Part shown: one piece after another, positions 44,431 through 52,631 of the stretch | How the letters are laid out: each line of letters opens with the position of its first letter | How positions within the stretch are numbered: position 1 is the stretch's first letter | Sequence record: PX068456.1 | DNA from: a phage | Length of the DNA: 64,000 nt | Direction: 5' to 3' (one strand) | The notes under the pieces: model-generated | What the model was told of the DNA's origin: nothing | The model's database searches: none | The model's input: only the letters and a program-made list of their open reading frames with translations | Translations under genes and position numbers: made by a program

Positions 44431-46203
44431 GTGTCTTATGTTGTAAATAAATATGGGTATAACATTGACCTAAGTCAAGAAGGACATACTGGGTGTCCTC
44501 GTTGTATGAAAGGAGGGCGTGATCGCTCACAAAACAATTTGATGGTATATGGCTTAGATGCCGATGAAGACCATCGAGGCGCACATTGTTTTTCTTGTGG
44601 CTTTACTATCCCTGATCAAAAATGGTTAAATGCACACGGCGAAGAAATTGAAGAGGAGGATATCTTGGGTAGTGAGTTTAATCCAGAAGTACATGATAAG
44701 CTAAAAGCCAGCACTGGAACTAATCCAAAAGGTTATCGCGGTATTCGTGAAGATATCTCTAAACCTTTCGGTGTACGCTATATGTACGATGAAGCTACTG
44801 GCGAAGTAATTTCAACATTATACCCTACAACTAAAGATTACAATATTGCTGGGTATAAACAACGTATCGATCCAAAAGATTTTTCACATCCTATTGGTGA
44901 AACAGGAAAGGATTGTGATCTTTTTGGGGAGTTTAAATATCGTAACCACAGCGGTACTATTCTAATCGTTGGTGGTGAACACGATATGCTGGCTGCAACA
45001 CAGATGCTAAAAGATTATAACAAGGGCGGTAAATATCCTGTTCCTGCTGTAGTATCTGGTACTTGTGGCGAAACATCTCTGCATAAGCAGCTTCAACATC
45101 GTTATAAATTTTTAGATCAATTTAAAAAGATTGTTCTGTGTATGGATAATGATGAAGCTGGACGTGCAGCAGTTGAGAAATGTGTTAAAATCTTACCACG
45201 TAATAAAGTTTATGTGATGGAACTAACGGATGTTAAAGATCCTAACCAGGCACTAGTAGAAGGAAAAATTGATCACTTTCTTGATCGTTTTTTCAAAGCT
45301 AAACTGTACACACCTGCTGGTGTTTATGCTTCTAACGTACTGTATGAAGCAGCCTTGGAATGCCTGGAAGCTAAAATGATCACCCTTCCTCCATTCATGC
45401 GTGTTGCTTCTAATATGTTAGGTGGAGGCTTGGTAGAAGAAGAAATTACTGTTATACTTGCAAAAACAAGTATCGGTAAAACACTGTTGGTTAACGAGAT
45501 TACAAAGCACATTATTCTTGCACACCCAGAACATACTCTTGGTATTTTATCTTTGGAGGCAACGTATAAGAAGTATTCTCGTAACTTACTGTCTTCATTC
45601 TTGCACATCCCTCTTCACCGTAAAACAAAAGAAGAGAAGGAAAAGATTTTAAAAGATAATGAAGAAAAGATTCGTGATTTTTACGAACGAGAAGATGGAA
45701 CACCACGTTTCTATGTTTGTGATGATCGTGGAGCTAACGTAGATGTGATTAAAGAGAAGGTTCTGGAAATGATTATTTATTTCGGAGTAACCATTCTTGT
45801 TATCGACCCTTATTCTGACTTGCTTTCTGGTATGGACGTGTCACAACAAGAGGAACTTGCGACGTGGCTCAAACGCATTATGAAAGAGTACGCAATTACC
45901 ATTGTTGTAATTTCACACGTTAAAAAGTCTTCTAACAATAGTAATGAACATATTGTAGAAGATGATGCAATGGGTAGTAGCTTCCTTGCTAAAGGTGCTG
46001 GTATCACAATTGCGCTGGAGCGTGATAAACAAGCTGAAGATCCTATGGAACGTAACCGCACATATTGCTACATCCTAAAGAACCGTGAGTTCTCAGAGAC
46101 TGGTGCAGCAGGTAGTTTCTTCTATGAGATTAAAACAGCGACACTTCACGATTACGATCAATACACAAGTAACCCAGAGAATATTCCTGATGGTTCTTAT
46201 TAA
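44431..46203 (+). CDS. bifunctional DNA primase/helicase (T7 gp4-like), GTG start
   Basis: N-terminal Zn finger CPRC...CFSC, TOPRIM-like IVGGEHDM / CMDNDEAGR, C-terminal P-loop and Walker B VLVIDPYSD. Confidence 0.7.
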   Translation: MSYVVNKYGYNIDLSQEGHTGCPRCMKGGRDRSQNNLMVYGLDADEDHRGAHCFSCGFTIPDQKWLNAHGEEIEEEDILGSEFNPEVHDKLKASTGTNPKGYRGIREDISKPFGVRYMYDEATGEVISTLYPTTKDYNIAGYKQRIDPKDFSHPIGETGKDCDLFGEFKYRNHSGTILIVGGEHDMLAATQMLKDYNKGGKYPVPAVVSGTCGETSLHKQLQHRYKFLDQFKKIVLCMDNDEAGRAAVEKCVKILPRNKVYVMELTDVKDPNQALVEGKIDHFLDRFFKAKLYTPAGVYASNVLYEAALECLEAKMITLPPFMRVASNMLGGGLVEEEITVILAKTSIGKTLLVNEITKHIILAHPEHTLGILSLEATYKKYSRNLLSSFLHIPLHRKTKEEKEKILKDNEEKIRDFYEREDGTPRFYVCDDRGANVDVIKEKVLEMIIYFGVTILVIDPYSDLLSGMDVSQQEELATWLKRIMKEYAITIVVISHVKKSSNNSNEHIVEDDAMGSSFLAKGAGITIALERDKQAEDPMERNRTYCYILKNREFSETGAAGSFFYEIKTATLHDYDQYTSNPENIPDGSY

Positions 46204-46213
46204 GGAGAGAAAT

Positions 46214-46609
46214 ATGAAAGACAACGAAAATATCCTCTATGGGGTATCCCCTTCTGCGTTAGGGTATGATTATACGAAAACTATTGCCAAGTTTAAATTT
46301 CAAGATGGATCGGAGTTAGAACCATACGGTTATGCTTATGGCGAACATTTGTGGTTTGAGGATGGTTGCCTATACCTTCTCATTCAAACTACCAGTGGTT
46401 TTGTGGGAGAGCTTGTAGATCGCATGCTGAAAAATGTTAGTGATAAAGTTGTTCTTGATATCGCTAGTAAGGATGAAAACATTAATAACATTGTTTCCAC
46501 TTTTAGTGGCTTAACAGGAACAGTTAAAATTGACCGTGTAGGCTTGAGAAATACCAATGGTGTCCCTAATTGCCTTATTAAAGTACAATTAAGTGCTGAC
46601 AATAAATAA
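46214..46609 (+). CDS. hypothetical protein (131 aa)
   Basis: ORF track frame; ATG 46214 after AAGGAGAGAAAT. Confidence 0.5.
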   Translation: MKDNENILYGVSPSALGYDYTKTIAKFKFQDGSELEPYGYAYGEHLWFEDGCLYLLIQTTSGFVGELVDRMLKNVSDKVVLDIASKDENINNIVSTFSGLTGTVKIDRVGLRNTNGVPNCLIKVQLSADNK

Positions 46610-46613
46610 CAAG

Positions 46614-46631
46614 AAGGGGCGAAAGCCCCTT
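46614..46631 (+). terminator. hairpin AAGGGGCgaaaGCCCCTT
   Basis: GC stem, weak T-run. Confidence 0.4.
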
Positions 46632-46699
46632 TACAAAACAATTAATTTATGGTACAGTATTAACAAATTAAGACTTTAGAAATATTTTAAGGAGGGAGA

Positions 46700-49279
46700 A
46701 TGGGAGCTTTTACTTTCGACATTGAAAGTAACAACTTGCTTAATGACGAAAGTGTAGATTACTTGGCAAGTCCATATCGTTTAAAAGATAGTTTTGCAAT
46801 GCACTGTATTGTGTGTGAAAGTCATGATACTGGAGAGATTATTGCTTTCCATGATGGTGATAAATATCTTTTCGATGGTCGTCCGTATATTGAGACTGAC
46901 GGAAAGTATGAATACCGACTGGAGGAATATGAGCATTTAGAATATACCCATTTCCCTCTTAAAGATTTTCCTGATTTTGTAAATGGAACAGGTAAATTTA
47001 AAGGTAATTCAAACTATAAAATTACCAAAGTAGTTGGACACAACATCATTAACTTCGACTTACTGGCAATTAAATTATTTTTTAAACTCAACTACAGTAT
47101 TAAGTACAATACTTGGGGTAATAGTAACATTGAAATTTGTGATACTATGATCTTAAGTAAGACACTAAACCCTGATCGCTTCGGTGGTCATAGTCTGGCA
47201 GAGTTATCTAAGAAAGCTGGAGGGGATGTTAAAATTGATTTTAGAAAAAACATCCCTGAAACTGAAAGATTTAGAACATTTGCAGCAGATATGCTGTATT
47301 ACTGTATTTACGATAACAAAGCTAACACCGCAGTGTTCCGTTATTTGATGGAAGAGTGGGGTGATTATAATAAGTGGTCTGAACCATTTAACTTAGAACA
47401 ACGTGTAGCTGATATTATTACACGTCAAGAGCACCGTGGCTTTGCTTTCAATATGAAACAAGCAGAAGATAATATTCGTGATCTGGATGCTCGAATGGAA
47501 GCATGTCGTTTAGAGGCAGAACCTGTACTACCTCCTAAACCTGCTACTAAAGGTTATTTGAAATCATTCATTCCACCTAAACTACAGTTTAAAAAGAATG
47601 GTGAACCTTCAAGTAACATGATAAAGTTTGCAGAGAAACATTCTGGTGAACTTGTACAAAAAGAAGATGGTTGGTGGTTATTTGCATTAGGTAAAGAGTT
47701 TAAACTACCTATTCCAGCAGAAGAACCTATTTGTGATCCTACAGTACCTGCTACTTTAGACGACACTACACATATTAAAAATTGGTTAGTTGGTTTAGGT
47801 TGGAGTCCATCTGAATATAAAGATAAAGATATCACTCTTAAATCTGGCACTAAGATTAAGAAAGATGAAGCACAAATGGAGAAAGCTATTCGTGACTATG
47901 TTGATCAAACATTAGCATCTAACTTCTGCCAGGATAGATGTGATCATCTGGAGTGCACACCAGAAACTTTGGAATGGAAACTAAGAGATCGTATTGCTAA
48001 AGCTAAAGGTCGTGGTGTTAAAGTGCTTACTAACCCTTCCTTTACAAAAGGGCAAGAGAAGGATATTTGTCCTAACTTGGAAGCACTAGGTGAAAAGTTT
48101 CCTTACGCTACGCAGATTGTGCAGTATCTTACGTATAAACATCGTAGAAACTCTATTCTAGGTGGTGGTGCTGATTGGGAAGAGGATGAAGAGGATTACG
48201 ATAAAGGTTATCTGGCGGCAGTAAGGGCTGATGGTCGTATACCAACTCCTGCTGCAACGTGTGATGCAGCTACGTCTCGTATGAAACATAGGTTAGTAGC
48301 AAATATTCCACGTGTAACATCTCTGTACGGATATGAAATGCGTAACTTATTTGGTGTAGAAGTTCCAAAATACTTCCAAATTGGTTATGACTTTGATTCT
48401 CTTGAGGCAAAGATAGAATCACACTACTGTTGGCGGTACGAGCAGGAACCACACGAATATTGTAATGCTCTATTGTTGGAAAAACCTAATGATGTTCATA
48501 CAATGATGGCTCGACGTATTTCTGACACTATTGGTCGTAAGTTTGAACGAAGCCCTGCTAAATCTGTTAAGTATGGTATTACTTATGGTGCTCAAGCTGC
48601 AAAAGTAGCAAAAACTATTGGTAGTGATATGTATACAGGACAGCTTGTATACGATGCTTTCTGGGAAGCTGCAAAACCTCTTGCACTTCTTAAAGAACGT
48701 CTGCATGATTTTTGGGTTAAAACAGGTAAGAAATACATTCTTGGTATTGATGGTAGGAAAGTACCTACACGATCTGCACACGCAATACTTAACTCTCTGT
48801 TCCAGAGTGGTGGTGTTATTTGTGCAAAAAGAGCAATGGTTATCTACGATGATCTTATCGAAGAAGAAGGATTAGCTGTTGACTTTTTTGTTGATGACTG
48901 GAAAAATAAGTCATTCGTTCAACAAATGATTGCATATCACGATGAAGCACAGCTTGAAGTAACTCGTGATCTCGTGCATTTTAAATGGTTCTCTAAAGAA
49001 TCTTTAGGTTGGACTCAAGTTGATGATCCAGAAGAACAAAAGAAAATTGATAAAGAATGTTTGGATAAAGTTAACGCCTGGAAAGAAGAGGAAGAGAAAC
49101 GTACTGGCAAGATTTGGGCTAACGTACATGAATCTCCGAAAGGTGGTTGGTTTACAGCCTATAGTCGTGCTGGAGAGTTAGCATCTATCGCTGTTAATAA
49201 AGCTGGTGAGTATTACAATCTTAATGTACCTCTCACTGCTGGTTACGATGTTGGTAACTCATGGGCCAGTTGTCACTGA
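46700..49279 (+). CDS. family A DNA polymerase with 3'-5' exonuclease domain
   Basis: Exo I FDIES, Exo II HNIINFD; motif B-like R..AKSVKYGITYGA; motif C HDE. Confidence 0.8.
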   Translation: MGAFTFDIESNNLLNDESVDYLASPYRLKDSFAMHCIVCESHDTGEIIAFHDGDKYLFDGRPYIETDGKYEYRLEEYEHLEYTHFPLKDFPDFVNGTGKFKGNSNYKITKVVGHNIINFDLLAIKLFFKLNYSIKYNTWGNSNIEICDTMILSKTLNPDRFGGHSLAELSKKAGGDVKIDFRKNIPETERFRTFAADMLYYCIYDNKANTAVFRYLMEEWGDYNKWSEPFNLEQRVADIITRQEHRGFAFNMKQAEDNIRDLDARMEACRLEAEPVLPPKPATKGYLKSFIPPKLQFKKNGEPSSNMIKFAEKHSGELVQKEDGWWLFALGKEFKLPIPAEEPICDPTVPATLDDTTHIKNWLVGLGWSPSEYKDKDITLKSGTKIKKDEAQMEKAIRDYVDQTLASNFCQDRCDHLECTPETLEWKLRDRIAKAKGRGVKVLTNPSFTKGQEKDICPNLEALGEKFPYATQIVQYLTYKHRRNSILGGGADWEEDEEDYDKGYLAAVRADGRIPTPAATCDAATSRMKHRLVANIPRVTSLYGYEMRNLFGVEVPKYFQIGYDFDSLEAKIESHYCWRYEQEPHEYCNALLLEKPNDVHTMMARRISDTIGRKFERSPAKSVKYGITYGAQAAKVAKTIGSDMYTGQLVYDAFWEAAKPLALLKERLHDFWVKTGKKYILGIDGRKVPTRSAHAILNSLFQSGGVICAKRAMVIYDDLIEEEGLAVDFFVDDWKNKSFVQQMIAYHDEAQLEVTRDLVHFKWFSKESLGWTQVDDPEEQKKIDKECLDKVNAWKEEEEKRTGKIWANVHESPKGGWFTAYSRAGELASIAVNKAGEYYNLNVPLTAGYDVGNSWASCH

Positions 49280-49416
49280 CATCCCTTTGATTTTAAAGGA
49301 GTTTTTATGTGGGACAATCTATTATTGCCAAGGTTGTTCCACACTTTTAAACCATTTCATAATTAGATGTTTGAACATCTAGAATAACGCAAAGACCATA
49401 AGAGATAGGAGAAAAT

Positions 49417-50010
49417 ATGAATATTGAAGATCAAAAAGTACGCGCTTTAGAAGTATTACGTATGTGCCAACTGGTAGATCCGTTTGCAATTGTAGCTGGC
49501 GGCGCTGTACGTGATTGGCGATTAGAAACACCTGCGCAAGATATTGACATTTACTTGCGTATGCCTAACCACAATACAACCGTACTGGTAGAGAAATTTT
49601 TGATGTTGGGTGTTGGTGCACGTAATGTTAAACAACTTACTAAGCAAACAGAACACACTTATGCCGAACTACCACATTTGAAATGGGTATTTGAAGCATA
49701 CTATAAAGATCTTAAGTTTAACTTTATGATCATGGAAGAGGGTGTACGCAGTGAAATCGTATGGAACTTTGACGTAGCTATTTGCCTGTGTTACTGGGAT
49801 GGTCAAAATTATGTATATCATCCAGACTTTGACTTTGCATTGAAGACTAATATTTGCACTATTAATCACCGATACACAGGTAAAGAAGCACACGTCCGTA
49901 AAATGGCAGAACGTTTCCCTATGTTCCGCTTTGTAAAAGACGTTTTCATCCCCAAAGAACCAGAAGTACGTACACTGGATTCGTTTAACAACGAAGAATT
50001 TAAGATTTAA
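49417..50010 (+). CDS. hypothetical protein (197 aa)
   Basis: ORF track; RBS GATAGGAGAAAAT. Confidence 0.5.
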   Translation: MNIEDQKVRALEVLRMCQLVDPFAIVAGGAVRDWRLETPAQDIDIYLRMPNHNTTVLVEKFLMLGVGARNVKQLTKQTEHTYAELPHLKWVFEAYYKDLKFNFMIMEEGVRSEIVWNFDVAICLCYWDGQNYVYHPDFDFALKTNICTINHRYTGKEAHVRKMAERFPMFRFVKDVFIPKEPEVRTLDSFNNEEFKI

Positions 50011-50033
50011 GTGTTGACAAACCTTACAATTAT
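50004..50033 (+). promoter_or_regulatory. sigma70-like promoter TTGACA-18-TATTAT
   Basis: hexamers read directly upstream of 50054 gene. Confidence 0.45.
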
Positions 50034-50053
50034 GTGTTATTATGAGGACTTGA

Positions 50054-50452
50054 ATGACAGACAATCGTTCTAAAATCTTAGTCGAGACGTTCTATAGTAG
50101 AGAAACTAATCGTCTTGAACTAACTAAAAAAGATGTTGAACCTCAAGATAATACCTTTTTTATTCAAATACTATGTCTCTTTGGTGGATACAACCGTTTA
50201 ACAGTGCGGGTAGAAGACAAAGAGATATCTGAAACCACTATCACAAAACGTGATCTAATGCTACTACAGGACACAATACGAGATGTTTTGGACAATCCTG
50301 GAAAAGCAAAAGTAATTAACCTTGGTGGAGAAAAGATACAAATTCTCCATTTTGAAAGTGGTGAAATAGGATTTGGTATTGGTCTTGGTAAATACCTGTT
50401 GGAAGAAACTGACGCTACTCTTTTACGAGAGTTTTGTGTTAAAGTAATGTAA
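50054..50452 (+). CDS. hypothetical protein (132 aa)
   Basis: ORF track. Confidence 0.5.
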   Translation: MTDNRSKILVETFYSRETNRLELTKKDVEPQDNTFFIQILCLFGGYNRLTVRVEDKEISETTITKRDLMLLQDTIRDVLDNPGKAKVINLGGEKIQILHFESGEIGFGIGLGKYLLEETDATLLREFCVKVM

Positions 50453-50468
50453 TTATAGAGGAGAATTT

Positions 50469-51416
50469 ATGCCAGTAATTAATTCTGAAATCGACCGCCG
50501 TACTAAAAAAGAAGCATTCTGGGCTGAAGGTATTGTCGAATATGTCAAACTAGATAAGTTTGATGAAATGAAAGTCTCTTATATTAAGGTTGCAGGTCAG
50601 CCAGATAAGAAAATTGAATCAACTCACAAAGCATCTCTGCTTATTAAAGAGAAAGGTGCTGGTGCTGATGATAAAGGTGTTTGGGTTAGCCTAGGTGAAG
50701 TTAAACTGCACCCAGAACATGAAAATCTGCAAGTTAAAGATGGTGATAAGTGGGTTACTATCGAAAAAGGTGTAGAACTAACTATGGATGTTAAACCTTC
50801 TGAATGGAATGGCAAAACATACTACAACTCCTCTAAAGGTAAAATCACTATTCTTTCAACAGAAGGTGTTCAGCAAGCGCAATCCTCCTCAAAAGGTGGA
50901 AATAAGCCATCTAATAACGACGGTAGCAAGCCTAACTACAAAAAACGTGATACCGTAGGGATTGAAACAGGACACGCTGTAAACGGCGCTCTGGAGCTTC
51001 TACGTGCTGGTGTGAAAGGTGATGCTTTCGACTTGGCTGGTGTGGTACAATCTGCAACTGTTACTCTGAAAGCTGAAATTGCTAAAGATCGTGGCGTTGA
51101 TGTAACTGACTATGATCTTGGTGCTTCAGTTGGACACGCAATTCTTAACGCTTGTCGTGATCATACAGGTAAAACTGTAACGGCAGAAGAGATTATTGAA
51201 GCTGCTCGTGAAGTTCTTGCTTTGTCTGATAAAGTAGCTGCTGCTATCCGTGGAATGTCTACCCCAGTACAAGAAGTTAAGAAAGAAACTAAAAAAGTAG
51301 AGAAGAAAGAGCCAGCACCGAAAGAACCAGAACCTGTTGTTCAAGATTTCGATGATGATATCCCATTTGCTCCTATTGGTTTGCAATATGGTCGAAACTT
51401 CCTGCACTGTTTCTAA
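50469..51416 (+). CDS. putative single-stranded DNA-binding protein (SSB-like acidic tip DFDDDIPF near C-terminus)
   Basis: DFDDDIPF is identical to the E. coli SSB C-terminal tip; location within replication module. Confidence 0.45.
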   Translation: MPVINSEIDRRTKKEAFWAEGIVEYVKLDKFDEMKVSYIKVAGQPDKKIESTHKASLLIKEKGAGADDKGVWVSLGEVKLHPEHENLQVKDGDKWVTIEKGVELTMDVKPSEWNGKTYYNSSKGKITILSTEGVQQAQSSSKGGNKPSNNDGSKPNYKKRDTVGIETGHAVNGALELLRAGVKGDAFDLAGVVQSATVTLKAEIAKDRGVDVTDYDLGASVGHAILNACRDHTGKTVTAEEIIEAAREVLALSDKVAAAIRGMSTPVQEVKKETKKVEKKEPAPKEPEPVVQDFDDDIPFAPIGLQYGRNFLHCF

Positions 51417-51438
51417 TAATTAAATATTGTGTGAATAT

Positions 51439-51464
51439 AAGGAGCCTAACGGCTCCTTTTCTTT
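51439..51464 (+). terminator. intrinsic terminator AAGGAGCCtaacGGCTCCTTTTCTTT
   Basis: GC stem plus T-run. Confidence 0.55.
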
Positions 51465-51476
51465 GAAGGAGATATA

Positions 51477-52208
51477 ATGAGCGAATTTGTAAACAACACC
51501 GCATTAAACTACCTGCAAACCCTCGAAAGCAATAGTGTAGATTTGATTCTTACTGACCCACCATATGCTATTTCTCGTGACACAAATTTTCAATCTGGAG
51601 AGCCTACTGGAAAAGATACGGATAGATTCCGTGTATCTTACAACTTTGGTGACTGGGATGTTGTAGATATTCCTTACTTTAGAGAAGTATTCAAAGAAGC
51701 CTATAGGGTGCTTAGAAAAGGTGGCACTTGCATAGTTTGGTATGATATCTGGAAGATCCAGGAGCTACGTGAAATCCTTGAACCGCTTGGTTTTCGTATG
51801 TTCCGTACTATTGAATGGATTAAAACAAACCCTGTACCCATCAACAGTGGTGTTAACTACCTTAGTAACGCTAAAGAGATGGCTATTGTTTGTGTTAAAG
51901 GTTCGAAGCCAACCTTCAATGCTTCCTACCATAAGGGTGTGTTTGAGTATCCTATCTATCAAGGAGCAGATCGTTTTCATCCAACACAAAAACACTTGAC
52001 TTTGTTTTGTGACCTTATTAATATACATACCAACGAAGGAGATGTAGTCTTAGACTTCTTCTCTGGAAGTGCAACAACACAAATTGCGGCACTTTTAACA
52101 GGTAGAGAATACTTAGGCTGTGAAGCCGATGTAAATATTTTTAAGCAAGCGGAGGAACGACTAAATGAGTACACTGAACAGCAAAATCACCCTGAAAGCA
52201 CTGATTAA
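51477..52208 (+). CDS. DNA N6-adenine (or N4-cytosine) methyltransferase, beta-class
   Basis: motif IV DPPY near N-terminus, motif I DFFSGSATT near C-terminus. Confidence 0.7.
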   Translation: MSEFVNNTALNYLQTLESNSVDLILTDPPYAISRDTNFQSGEPTGKDTDRFRVSYNFGDWDVVDIPYFREVFKEAYRVLRKGGTCIVWYDIWKIQELREILEPLGFRMFRTIEWIKTNPVPINSGVNYLSNAKEMAIVCVKGSKPTFNASYHKGVFEYPIYQGADRFHPTQKHLTLFCDLINIHTNEGDVVLDFFSGSATTQIAALLTGREYLGCEADVNIFKQAEERLNEYTEQQNHPESTD

Positions 52209-52596
52209 CAACGGTATGAATTTGGACTCTGGTCTGTCTCCAAAGATTTCTATGGCACGACTGGAACAAGTTACTGGTCTTCGTCAAGTAAGTAATGGCG
52301 GTAAGATTATTCGTGATGACGCTGTACCTTTTAATAAATTTCAGATTGAACGTCACTACGATCCTGTAACTGCAAGTCTTACTGGTGTAACTTTCTCAGG
52401 TTATCGTACTGCTGGATACCAACGTAAGGTTGTAGCTGAACGTATTAAGAGTCGCAAACAGAAAATTGCAACATTGAAGAAACTGGTAGAGAAAGATGTT
52501 TCAGAACTTCTTAACCTGTATGAAACTCTTGAGACAAAAGGTGAAAATCATAAACTCTTTTCTAAAGAAGATGTAAGCGTAATTTTCACTGATTAA
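52165..52596 (+). CDS. hypothetical protein (143 aa)
   Basis: ORF track; RBS GGAGGAACGACTAA. Confidence 0.5.
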   Translation: MSTLNSKITLKALINNGMNLDSGLSPKISMARLEQVTGLRQVSNGGKIIRDDAVPFNKFQIERHYDPVTASLTGVTFSGYRTAGYQRKVVAERIKSRKQKIATLKKLVEKDVSELLNLYETLETKGENHKLFSKEDVSVIFTD

Positions 52597-52605
52597 GATA
52601 AAAGA

Positions 52606-52630
52606 AAAGGAGCCTAATGGCTCCTTTTTT
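52606..52630. terminator. bidirectional terminator AAAAGGAGCCtaatGGCTCCTTTTTT at convergent junction
   Basis: GC stem flanked by A-run and T-run between plus and minus gene ends. Confidence 0.6.
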
Positions 52631-52631
52631 A

